Shown here: piece after piece, positions 21,961 to 32,763 of the stretch
How positions within the stretch are numbered: position 1 is the stretch's first letter
How the letters are laid out: each line of letters starts with the position of its first letter
Source of the DNA: Paramoeba atlantica
Taxonomy: Eukaryota; Protista; Discosea
Length of the DNA: 64,000 nucleotides
Assembly: GCA_977017575.1 (NCBI GenBank)
Contig: CDRNVI010000034.1
Location: forward strand, 124,001 to 188,000
Direction of reading: 5' to 3'
The notes under the pieces: model-generated
Told to the model about the DNA's origin: nothing
The model's database searches: none
Seen by the model: only the letters and a program-made list of their open reading frames with translations
Translations under genes and position numbers: made by a program

Positions 21961-24839
21961 TTAGCCTTCGACCAAGACACCCAGCGATTCCTGCCACGAC
22001 CTACTCCTCAACATCGCCTTAAGATAGCGCGACAAGAAAAAACCACAATGAGAGAGCGTGTAGTACGGCGTCACACGTGGGAACAAAACCAGAGAATCAC
22101 GAGGGCCTGATTTTTTTACTTTCTTCTTTTCCTCCTCCTCCTCCCCTTCCCAGTGTGAACCCGAGGGTGGTTTCCAAGGTGCACCGTAGCGCTGGTGCGT
22201 ACGAAGAGGTCCGAACGAGCTCCCGGAGCGAAGTCGAAATATCAAGACCCGCTGGAGTCGAAGCGCGACCTCCCACTTCCCCCGGTGAAGCGCCAAACAG
22301 GCACACTCCTCCAAGAGCAGCGGGGAGAAATAGGTGGGAACAATTTCAAAGTGAAATTCTTTTACGGAAGAAGTAGGACCCATAGGCCCTGTACTGAAAG
22401 TAAAATGTTGCGAAAGCAACAGGAGCGCATTCTCCCAGTCTCCCCTTTGTAAGGTTCGTGTAAGGAACATATCGGGAAGATAGTGAAGAATCGTAGGGAG
22501 AAAAGAATTTGAATTTTCTTGTAAAAGAAAATCCAAGTTCTTTTTGTTTTGGCCCTCGTGAGGGTTTGGTCGGTTCGAAGTCATGTTTGAAGAGAAACGT
22601 TGATGCTTCTCTTTTTTGTGGAACTCGTGAGAGGTTGTCGTGTTGGGCTTACCGCGTAAAGAGGGATAGGTGCGTGCGTAGATTTGAAAAGCACGGTGCC
22701 ATAGCAGAGGCTGGGGGAGAGGAGTAACGCGATCCATAGCACAGCGTGAAGATGCAGGGAAAGGGATTTTTTGTTTTCGACTAGAATGTATCCGTAGTTG
22801 CGCCAGAGCGTGAGAGTGGCACTCCAATGGCCACGCGCGCAAAGATGGAGAAAAGTGAGAGCTACGTAGGATTTTGTGCAATGGAACGTCGCTTTACACA
22901 GATTTCTGTGAGATTCTTCCCGATTCTTTGTTCTGAAAAATAGGTTTCTACGCCCCCGATGCAAAGAAGATTCAGAAGAAGTACTTTTCTTTTCGCTCAT
23001 ATTTGGGTGATTGACCTGTCGTGCGTTGGGTACACCATGGGAAAGATGAAGCAAATATTTTGTTGCAACGCTCAAAAGTGAGCCGGAAGAATCTTCGGTT
23101 TGATCTCTCACATCTGGCTTTTCGAGTGGTGTATTGCTTTCGTCATCCGGATCGGTGAGATATTCACCATCTGTGATTTGAACTTCAAGATTCAAAGAAT
23201 CAGTAGAAGAAGTGTGTTTCGTGTTTGAATCTTTTTTATTTTCTTTCCTATAAGCCATGAAGATAATCATACAGAGAGCGGGAACCAGATAACGGCTGCC
23301 TTTTCTTGTGCACGTAGCTAAAAGATGATTTAAAGAGAGTCTAACCTTCTTCTCATCCGGAACTTGTAACAGTAAGTGAATAAAACTGTGGAGCAAAGTG
23401 CTGGACGCCTTCGTCCTCAAAAAAATAGATTGCAGACGCCAAATCAAACCAAGGCTTGTTCTCGTTTCTGATTTCACTCCTTGGGAGACCTTTGTAGCGT
23501 TCTCCAGAGAGGATTGCCAAGAAACTGAATGAATTCGCGACAAAGCATTGAGAACTGTGATCCACATATTGTGTGACTTTACTAAAAGATTGCTATGTTG
23601 CGTTGTGCAGAATTTTCCCCTATCGTTGCCTGCCGAAGCTACGCGTACTATAGAAAAATAAAACAACAACAACTCAGAGAAGCGAACGGACCAGGCATGA
23701 CACATGTCTCCACATGAAAGAGGATGCTGATTGAGGGTAATAAAAGAGGCATTCGAGAAAACCCAGTCACACAGGAAGGATAGCAGCATGATCTCTCTGG
23801 AGCTGTTCGCAGTGCCTTTCAACGCCAATGTTGAAGAGTGCTGAAAAAAAGTTATAGCAGTGGGAAAACTTGGGAAATGTACCATCATCCACTGTAGAGC
23901 AGCTTCCCAAACACTCTTCGAAGGTGATGTTAGTGTTGTAGTGCTATGGTTAAAAATACCCTTGTTCGTCTTTACTTTATGATTTGAGTTCAATTGCGCG
24001 TCCCCTTGTCTTGAATCAAAAAGAGTGCTCCATACATTATGCAAAAAAGACCTTCGAAAACATGCCACTTCACATACTAGAAGACGGTGGCAGTTTTGTG
24101 CAATTTTGCTAATGGATCCTGAGTACCTTAAGTTAACGCCTTTCGAATTGTATCTCCTCAGACCGAAGAGAGCTTCGGAATCTGCATGTTGCAGGCAAAG
24201 CACTAAGGCCTCAAAATTGTTGAAATTACACAGTTGTCCTTGACGGGTACGGCGTAGAAGAATCTCAAAACATGTTTTCCACATGGGAGCATGTTCTGAT
24301 GAAGAACGTAAGACGCGACCCTCCGCGTCTTCTCCTTCTCGCTCAAATATCCTCAAATATTCGCCATTAAGAAAATCAGTTTTATCGCTTTTGATTTTGT
24401 TAATTGTTTTCTCAGGAAACGAGATGCCGAATTCGTTGTAAAATCTTGGAGAGACCATTTTCTCCAACCTTTCATGTACGAGCATGTACTTTTCGTATGT
24501 GTTCGGAATCCGTTCATGTAAAATCCATACGCTTCGGGTTCCTGTGCTGCGTGTTGCAAGGCGTATTCTTTGACTGCATTCCCGCCCAGCAATTGTTGAA
24601 TAAATTCTTCCAACTCCATATTTTGCAAATGAGTTGGAAAGGTTCCAATCATTTGTTTTAATATCGTGCTCAATTAATCTTTTCAAGATAACGTTGCTAA
24701 TGTCTGACAATGAAGAACAAGGGGCTCTGTCGCGAAGAGGCTCTTCGGTTGCGCGAAGGGCATTGTTGATGTCGTCAAGCAGAAGCTGAAAATACCCAGT
24801 ATACTTGTCGATGTTTTGAAAGACCCGAAACAGAGCCAT
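21961..24839 (-). CDS. Large helical-repeat protein with WxxAL-like motifs, apparently frameshifted near 22720
   Basis: Overlapping ORFs 22581-24839 and 21961-22881 both carry W..A(L) motifs (VWEAAL, HWSATL, LWHRAF, DWENAL, KWEVAL). Confidence 0.6.
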
Positions 24840-25127
24840 TCATGTATCATCTTATGTTACACTCCATTCTGTAGCTTTCTTTGAACCTCTCCACATTTTT
24901 CAAAGAGCCTTTTCAAAAAAATTAAGAAAAACATTTTGTTTCGCATTAAAAGTTATTTACACACAGACCTCTTTCATCGACATATTTGCCGTAATCTCAG
25001 CTCCATGCCCTTTTTCACCCATAAACCATGTACCATCTCTGTACTATATATCATTTCCACCCACCCCATCTCATCGCTCTTCTCGCCCCTTCATTCATCC
25101 CTCTCCCCTTTTTCCTCTCTTTTTACC

Positions 25128-26885
25128 TCACACGCTCTTCCCCCACCCCACCTCACCCTCTTTTTCCCCGACCCCCTGTCTTTCCTCTCTGTCCTTCCCC
25201 CTCCCCTCCCAGAGCTCTCTCAGCCGCTCCCGTGTCTCCCGGAGGTACGCCACCCCCTCCGGTACCCCACTGACGAAACACCCTGGGGTGGTTCGTCGGT
25301 TCCACCGGAACAAGTCCCGGGAGGCCTGGGAGGCGCTTTCCCTACGCCGGCCCTGTTCCTCCTCGGTAACGAGTCCCGTTGGGAGAGGGGAACCAAAGGT
25401 CCAGAGCCACTCCCCGGGGGTAAAGCATGGGAAAGAAGAATAAGAAGACAAAGAAGAAGAAGAAGATAAAGAAGAAGAAACAGACGAGTCTGTTCCGCTA
25501 ATCCTTTGTAATGGTGGATTACCCATAACAAAGGGAGCAGAAGAAGCAGAAACCGACGAATCGGTTCCACTCCTCTCTCGCAGTGATGGATTACCCCTAA
25601 CAGAGGGAGCAGGAGAAGTCGAAACCGACGAATCGGTTCCGCTACTCCTTTGCACGGCTGGGTTACCCACACTGGGGGGTGGAGACTCCCGGGTCGTACA
25701 CGGGAGCATGGCCCCCCGGTACGCGCTGCGGTACTCCACCCGTAGGGGCGTCCCGGGGGGGATGGCCCGGGTAGCGAGGAGACGGAGGTAGCGGCGGGTG
25801 TGGGGAGGGGGTTTGATTTTATTATGGATGTCCCGGTGAGGGGAGTGGTGGATTCGAGTGTCCCGGTTAGGGATGTCTATGGGGGTGTCTGTTTTAGGGG
25901 CTATGTCCCTTTGTTTGTCATATTTGTGGATGTTCGTTTGTTTATCCTTTTTATGGGTATTCCCTTTGAGTTGGACGTACACCAGTTGGACGTTTTGTGT
26001 TTTTTCACCTCCTGGGGGGAGGAGAGGTTGAAAAGGGGAGTGGAAGGGGGTTAAGGGGTTGCGGGGTAACCGAGGGGTAGTCGAGAGGAAGGGGCATAGA
26101 GCCACGTGGGAGGGTTGGAGGCTGGAGGGCAAGGTAAAAGTCGTGGGGGGAGAAGAACCGAGGTTAGGTTGGGGTAAATGAAAGACAAATTGACGTGCGT
26201 AGGCGTGGGCGTGGAGAAGAAGAGAGGAGTTCCACTTCAACGGAAGAGAAGCGGAAGCACATCCGCGCAGAAAAGATGGAGATGTGAACCATACAGGTTG
26301 ATGCATAGCAAAACACTCTGACCATAGCATATTCATGATGTCGTTGTTCCGGCAAGCTAGATAAAGATAGCGATCTTGGTCCACCTTTTCGAGCAAAATG
26401 GTTTCCAACGCCTGTCGTGCTTCTGTTTCGCCTAAAATGCGACCAACTGGCCCAAAGTACTCCTTTTGCGAGAGCTTTGCGTCAAATAGTGGTAGACCCT
26501 TACTTTGAATTGGAGTAAAAGCATTTTTCCTGGAAACTGATGGTACAACTAATAGGGTACTCCATGTAGAACGCCACATCGACTTGCTATACATAATGAA
26601 TGCGGTCAACAATAGTACCTCACGGCTGTATGCGATTTCGGTGTTTTGTACAAGAGGCAGACTGACGGAATTTAGCATACTTTTAACTTTGTCGGGGATA
26701 ACTGGAGAGCGAAGCACGTAAGGCACTGTAACAACGAAAGGACACAAAGAATCTGTAGAAGATTGATTAAGACGTACCTGCCTCTTATGGAATGGAATAT
26801 TAAGCAACGCCTCACCTCTACAAAATGACCGTCTGGCTGTGAATCGCGTTCCTCTAATTTTGATACTTTGTAGTCCAAGAGACAT
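25128..26885 (-). CDS. SET-domain protein (LSMT/SETD6-like) with low-complexity C-terminus
   Basis: N-SET-like GTRFTARRSFCRGEALLNIP; C-SET-like LRLLATRAIPPGTPLRVEY; NHS motif degenerate; three ~22-aa repeats; probable start MSLGLQ (ORF track opens at 27170). Confidence 0.65.
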   Translation of the reverse strand: MSLGLQSIKIRGTRFTARRSFCRGEALLNIPFHKRQVRLNQSSTDSLCPFVVTVPYVLRSPVIPDKVKSMLNSVSLPLVQNTEIAYSREVLLLTAFIMYSKSMWRSTWSTLLVVPSVSRKNAFTPIQSKGLPLFDAKLSQKEYFGPVGRILGETEARQALETILLEKVDQDRYLYLACRNNDIMNMLWSECFAMHQPVWFTSPSFLRGCASASLPLKWNSSLLLHAHAYARQFVFHLPQPNLGSSPPTTFTLPSSLQPSHVALCPFLSTTPRLPRNPLTPFHSPFQPLLPPGGEKTQNVQLVYVQLKGNTHKKDKQTNIHKYDKQRDIAPKTDTPIDIPNRDTRIHHSPHRDIHNKIKPPPHTRRYLRLLATRAIPPGTPLRVEYRSAYRGAMLPCTTRESPPPSVGNPAVQRSSGTDSSVSTSPAPSVRGNPSLRERSGTDSSVSASSAPFVMGNPPLQRISGTDSSVSSSLSSSSSLSSYSSFPCFTPGEWLWTFGSPLPTGLVTEEEQGRRRESASQASRDLFRWNRRTTPGCFVSGVPEGVAYLRETRERLRELWEGRGKDREERQGVGEKEGEVGWGKSV

Positions 26886-27269
26886 ATAAAAAAGATGGTC
26901 CGAAGTACCACGCTTTGGATAAGGTTTAGGAAAGCTAATTGTCACATGTAACGACTGACCTACATTATTGAGAATGAATCGCTTATGTACAAGCTTGTAT
27001 TTCCGGAAGATTAGAATACAAAAACTCCCCCCTCCTTTAATATGCACAAAATTGTGCATAGAGCAGGTTCGTAAAGTGAAGCCCACGGGGGCAAATTTGC
27101 TTTTTTTTGTGATTTTGAGGTACGCGCTCGTATACAAGTAAATAAGAAGGTTGAAACCTATGAAAGACAAAACCTGGAAAAACCCGCATGTTCCTCATTG
27201 ACGTGGCGAAGAAAAGTACTTTGTCAAAATTAGTGAAGAACACACTTGGTCTCCATCGTGCGCTGCAAA

Positions 27270-27610
27270 ATATTTTTTGCGCTACAAAAAATGAAAATTT
27301 TGAAAAAAATATTTTTCGAAATAACCCACCAGAAGGGGTAGCCGAGGTCTTGGCGCACATTTTTCACCCCCGTACTCGGGGATGACCCCCCCTGGTATCA
27401 ACAGCACGGGGCCATCAAGTTCGGTTTCTTCTGAGTAAAAAATTGAAAACAAAGTCAACTTGGCGAAGAACATGGCTTAAAAAATAGTTTTTCAAAATTG
27501 CTTAACCTATTGTATTTTGAGAGTTTGGGAACTGTACTAGCTTTCGACGCCGTTGTTTTCATAAGATAACTTTCTTGAAGCCGTGACACGTCTCCCGAAA
27601 TGACGCCCCA
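27270..27610 (-). repeat. Degenerate body fragment of the asymmetric-hairpin element (others at ~29820-29970, 31340-31500, 57940-58040)
   Basis: AGAAGGGGTAGCCG.GGTCTTG.CGCA.TTTTC and ATTGTATTTTGA.AGTTTGGGA motifs. Confidence 0.7.
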
Positions 27611-27714
27611 AAAATATAGGTGTCGTGGCAAAACCTGGCAAAACCCGGCAAAGCTTAACAGGTTTCAACCCTCTAACTATCTCTTTATATAATAATAATA
27701 AAAAAGAAATTTAT

Positions 27715-29297
27715 CATTGTAAGTTCAGTATGATGAGAAATTCAAAACAAATTGGAAACAAATTTGAGAAATGGAAGAGTACATGTGTTTCTTTTCCATT
27801 ATATACTCAATACATGATGTAGTGGAACTTAGCGTAAGCGAATCCGACAGTGACTAATAGATCCTGTGCATCTACAATGTAGATAAAAAGAAACAGAAGT
27901 ATAAATACAGGGGCTACTAAAGGCGAGGTGAGTCTCCAATTTGTAAAAATGAAAACAAGCAACTGTGTATATTTTTAAGCCCAAAACTAGCAATTGTATG
28001 TAAAACAGGTCGCAAACATGAAACAATAAAAAATTGTCCAATTTTGAAAATACAGTTCCCCCTATTCAGTATATAGCAGGGCCCGCGGAAACTTTTTAAA
28101 AGCTAAAAAAAGTTTTTCAGATCATCGAAAGCGCTTTAAAAACGCTTTTCGAGCTCTTTTTAGCTTTCGAGAGCACCTTTACCCTGCGGACACACCTACA
28201 GGCGAAAACTTCGTCAGGAGGGGGGTCTAAAATTCGTAAAAATTGTCCAATTTCGGAAATACAGCTCCTCCTATTCAGTGTTTACACTGTTTAGTAGACT
28301 GTAGTACAAGTTTTAGACTCCCCAAGTCCGACTTCAAAACCCTTCTCTACGTATTTCTGTGTAAATCATGGTTTGACGGTCAGGCCGTTAAACAGAAGTT
28401 TGTTTCGTGTCCGCATATCACGTAATCGGAGCCAATTGTGTTTGGTGTTTGTTGGGAGGCTACCGAGGCCACTATCTTTACGTAAAAGAAAACTTTTTTA
28501 ACACTTTTTACATTCCAGAGTTTTCCAACACAACGTTGGGTGGAGGAGGAAACGGAATTATACTTGTAAATTGATTACGTGACAAATTGATCGAATCGAT
28601 GCTAGAAGAAATCCCTTGGACGTCGGCAATCCCTTCAAATTGGTTATCATGCAACCATAATGTTGATAGCTGAGGTGGAAGAGAGTCAAATTGCAAAGTT
28701 CCGGAAAACCAGTTTTCTCGGAAAGAGAAAAAATGAGCACTGGACGGAAGCGTGGTGAGGTCTAACGTACCCGAAAGATGATTGGCTGCCAATATCAGCG
28801 TTCTTAAGGTTTGCGGCAAGGTACTTGTCAGCACGTTTCCCACTAACTTGTTAAAAGAAAAGGACAGATATACGAGGCAAGGTGGAAGCTGATCAATTCC
28901 ATGAGCAGTACAAATCTTATTATGAGAAAGCATTATCTTGGATAGAGTACGAGGGACATATTGCAAATTAATAGAGCCAGAAAGGTTTTCTTTTTCCCAT
29001 GAAAGGTGTCGAACTGTTTCATTGACACATTCGATGCCTTTCCAAGAACAGGCATCTGTTTCAACAGTCCATGAGGCGTCGCATCCTGACAAGTTGGCAA
29101 TCATTCGCGCAAGGTGAAAAGCGGGCGGAAGTACTGCACCGCGTACCCTTCCTGCTCGGGTAGAGAGCGCTGGACTTTCATCCCTCTGAAAGGATAGCTG
29201 CATGCGATAAAAAACAACTGATTTAGTAAAACTAGGTTCTTTAAAACTAGGTTTTATTGAAAGAATTGTGTTCTACTAAAACGGTGTCAACATGATG
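27715..29297. repeat. Segmental duplication, copy 1 (copy 2 at 37254-38822)
   Basis: Near-identical ~1.57 kb including an LRR gene; small local AAAACTAGGTT duplication in copy 1. Confidence 0.97.
28508..29203 (-). CDS. Short LRR protein (duplicate of 38047-38748)
   Basis: STRAGRVRGAVLPPAFHL, ACSWKGIEC cap, LRRs. Confidence 0.92.
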   Translation of the reverse strand: MQLSFQRDESPALSTRAGRVRGAVLPPAFHLARMIANLSGCDASWTVETDACSWKGIECVNETVRHLSWEKENLSGSINLQYVPRTLSKIMLSHNKICTAHGIDQLPPCLVYLSFSFNKLVGNVLTSTLPQTLRTLILAANHLSGTLDLTTLPSSAHFFSFRENWFSGTLQFDSLPPQLSTLWLHDNQFEGIADVQGISSSIDSINLSRNQFTSIIPFPPPPNVVLENSGM

Positions 29298-29987
29298 AAA
29301 TTTACGGCGTATACCGTGTCCCGTACATACCGGGACCGTACATACCCCTTGACTGCACGACGAATAATCGTCGATGTCCCGACAAGAACGGTTTTATGCA
29401 AAGTGAAGGGGTGGGCATTGTCGTGAAATAACACTAAAAAGTTGAAAAATCCATAAAAAACACTAACAAAACCCGATAACTGGAGGCATTAATGGCGGAC
29501 TCCTATGAGGTTAGCTACCAAGTAAGGGCCGTATGACTAATAACATCCCTTTATGAGAGATAAATATAATGTAAATCGTATTACTCCACTGCACGAGTAA
29601 CCCTCGATGTCCCTACTGTGTTAGTTAAAACCTACATAACGAACTAGAACCTGTATAACGAACTAACTGATTTCCGATAGGGGAAAATAGGGCATCTTTG
29701 GAATGGAGTTGGAAAGACTGTACTATCCCATCTTCACAAGAGAAATTTAAACGGAAGCAAGATAATGACGAAAAAAATCTTTCAACCTCGAAACGTTTTA
29801 GCATACCACCTTTGGTATGCTGCGCAGAAGGGGTAGCCGGGTCTTGACCCGCATTTTCCACTCTTACCAGGGGGAGACCCCCCCTGGTATCTGCAGGACG
29901 GGTCCGCCACGGTCGGATTTTTTCAGAAAACACTTTCATTCCACCTATTGTATTTTGATAGCCTGGGACTCTACTACAGTAGTGTAG

Positions 29988-31323
29988 TACAGGGGTGAAC
30001 AGAAATCTTGCCCCCCTCTCGAAAATATGATTTTTTTTATCTGTTTTTGCTCATCTTTGCAGCATTGGAGAGATCTCGCTTTCCTAGCGAAAGGCTTTGC
30101 CGCCTTTTTTTCGTAGGGACCCCCTGGTGCTCATACGGCGACCCGAAAATCGACCAAAAACAAGATTTTGGAAAACTCAGATTTTGAAAATTACATGGGA
30201 AAATGCGTTTAAAGTGAACCAATATTCGCAAGTTTACAATTTTTCAAAAAAGAAAATCCTTTTTTTCTCATACTCTAAACTTTTCTTAACTTGTACATGC
30301 TTACTTCTTACAAATGAACGCATGCACGGAATTGCTTCGAATTTACTAAAACTTTAAACAATGGATAACCCCGTTACACTTCAAACTTCCGGTGCATACC
30401 TCTGCTTATGCTTGTATTCGGTATCCTTCTTTTCCAGCCTCCGACCTGGAACAACACTGTCCCGCTTCAGATGCTTTTTGGCCATGGAGTTAGCGCACTC
30501 CATAGTGCTCGTGTGCACACCTTCAGTTGTAATCCACTGTCTTTTGTAGCTAACACTTTCGCTTTTTTTACCAGAAATGAGAAAAGTGCGAATATTGGTT
30601 CAGTTTCACCGAAAATGCAGAAAATGCCGACCAGTAAGAACTAATACGTGATTTAAACTTTATAGATTAGTACCCAGAATGTCCGCCGTCATTTTCTAAT
30701 ACTATTCGGAGTCTTTTGGGAACTGAGTTAATTGTATTCATTACTTTTTGCTTTTCTGGAGATCTTTTTATGGCATTGAACGCCTTTTTTATGGCCTCTA
30801 TGAGTGTTTCGTGGTTGTGTGCCTTAAATTTGTTCAACACAATGTTGTTCATTTGACGCCAAACGTTTTCTACGGGGTTAAGGTAGGGGGAATTTGGGGG
30901 CTAGTCCAACATTTGAATATTCTCGTTGGTCAATTTAGATTTTACCATATTACTATCCCCCCCTATCGTAGCGTTGCCTGGTTTCGGGAAAAAGTAACGC
31001 TAATGAGGGGGGGGGTACCGAGGCAACGCTAGGATAGGGGGGATAGTATGTGTATTGGCGGTGTCCATTTGTACCACTACATCGTGTACATGACCCGTAA
31101 GGTACTCTAAGAAACCGTTTGATTTATAAAAAGATTGAAGAATCACTTCCCCAGTGACCTTATGTGCATTCTCGTATGTGCACCCGTCGTTGGGCTCAAA
31201 AACGTGTAAAAATAGCCCATGATCAATACTTGTACCTATCCAAGCCATTACCCCCTTCCCCCCATACCACCTCCGATTTCTTCGGCGTGGTTTTCTTGGG
31301 CTAGATTTCTGTTCACCCCTGTA
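29988..31323 (-). mobile_element. Deleted Tc1-family transposon with DDE-domain remnant
   Basis: 21-bp TIR TACAGGGGTGAACAGAAATCT; GKGVMAW, QMDTANTH, D*PPNSPYLNPVENVW, SVPKRL..DGGHSGY. Confidence 0.88.
30951..31048. mobile_element. 98-bp mini-MITE nested in the Tc1 remnant
   Basis: TIR TACTATCCCCCC..TAGCGTTGCCT; TA TSD; removal restores the frame HNMVK. Confidence 0.85.
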
Positions 31324-31499
31324 CAACCTACCTATGTGGTAGTGTAGCCTTCTGCAACATTATTGTCAGAAGATACATCTTTTTGGGAGCCGTGGCATGC
31401 CTCCCAAAATGACCCAATTTTGACCAAAATATGCGAAAAATCAATTTTTCCCCAAAGGGGTCTTTCTGTGTTGGAAAATCGAGTTGGCCATTATTTTGG

Positions 31500-31712
31500 C
31501 TCAAAACCCAGTTGGCTACCCTCTGAAAGTGTGACCAGCTGGCCATCCCACGAAAAAATGGCCAGCTGGCCACCTCCTGAAAAAGTGGCCATCTGGCTAT
31601 CACCTGAAAAAGTCGCCAGCAGACCACCTCGTGAAAAAATGGCCAGCTAGCAACTCTCTGAAAAAGTGGCCAGCTGGCTACCTCGTGGGAAAGTGGCGAG
31701 CTGGCCACTTTT
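31500..31712. repeat. 27-bp minisatellite, about 8 units
   Basis: AAAAGTGGCCAGCTGGCCACCTC-type units with a TGGCCAGCTGGCCA palindromic core. Confidence 0.85.
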
Positions 31713-31920
31713 TTAAGATGTTGCGATTGATCTTACTGGACAAAAACAACCTAAATTAAGCAATTGGTTTCTCGAAAAAAACAACACCTTTTGCTTCACA
31801 CTTCTTGTTTACACATTTTATCAAAAACATTTAATTTTTGTTTGCACAAACAACGTTTAGTGAAGCCAGTTTCTTTGACTGTAATTTTTCTTTGACTGTA
31901 CATTCTTGAATCAATTGTTT

Positions 31921-32493
31921 CTATGTTTTGATAATTTTAGTCTCTTTCGTGAATAGTGCTAATGATTTTGGAAGTTGTGCCATCTGTACGACTCCATAGA
32001 GAGAGGTATTGAAGCCCAGATGTAGAAAGCGCAAGTTCGGAGGAAGATTAGAAAGATCAACTTCACCTGTAAAAACGTTTCCCTGAAGATCAATAACTAA
32101 CATAGAAGTCGGGAGCACCGTAAAATCTAAACCACCGCTCATTTTATTTCCTGGAGCGTTCAGAAACGTCATCCCCCGAGGAAGCAATTTAAAGTCCAAT
32201 GGGCCATGTAAACTATTGTAGAACACGTGAAGAACCAGCAGCGTACACGGTGCAGAAGCCCACTGTAACTTTCCTGATAGGTTTTCAGAACCCCAGCATA
32301 TATCTGTCACTTTCTCCTTGTCATTGCATGTTACGCCATGCCAGTGGCAAGCAGGTACATCGGATTTCCATGTAGAGTGAGGAGGCTCTATGTCCTTGAC
32401 AAATCTCTCAAGCTCGTACTCTTGTGGAAGACCTGCGTGACGTACTTTTGAGGTCCGAGCTTCGGAGCGATCATCTTGTAGTGCGCCGTGCAT
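31921..32493 (-). CDS. Short LRR protein
   Basis: TSKVRHAGLPQEYEL, VPACHWHGVTC cap, 4-5 LRRs. Confidence 0.9.
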   Translation of the reverse strand: MHGALQDDRSEARTSKVRHAGLPQEYELERFVKDIEPPHSTWKSDVPACHWHGVTCNDKEKVTDICWGSENLSGKLQWASAPCTLLVLHVFYNSLHGPLDFKLLPRGMTFLNAPGNKMSGGLDFTVLPTSMLVIDLQGNVFTGEVDLSNLPPNLRFLHLGFNTSLYGVVQMAQLPKSLALFTKETKIIKT

Positions 32494-32763
32494 AGCTATT
32501 CAAGCAATATCTTGAAAGACCACAAAAAAAGAAAATTCGATGTTCGAAACGTTATAGCAGAAAATGACAGGTATCTATTGTCGCCTTACATTTTATAATT
32601 TTCTTTTTACGACAAGACAAAAAATTGCTCAAGAAATCTGAGAGCATTATCTGGTTAGAGCGTTCTCAAAACGGGTTTGCGCCAAGTGATCTACAGCTCG
32701 TTCGAGAGCACGGAGGTTCGAGCTTTTAGGAACACTGGTTCGAAAATTTACGTCAGAATTCCA

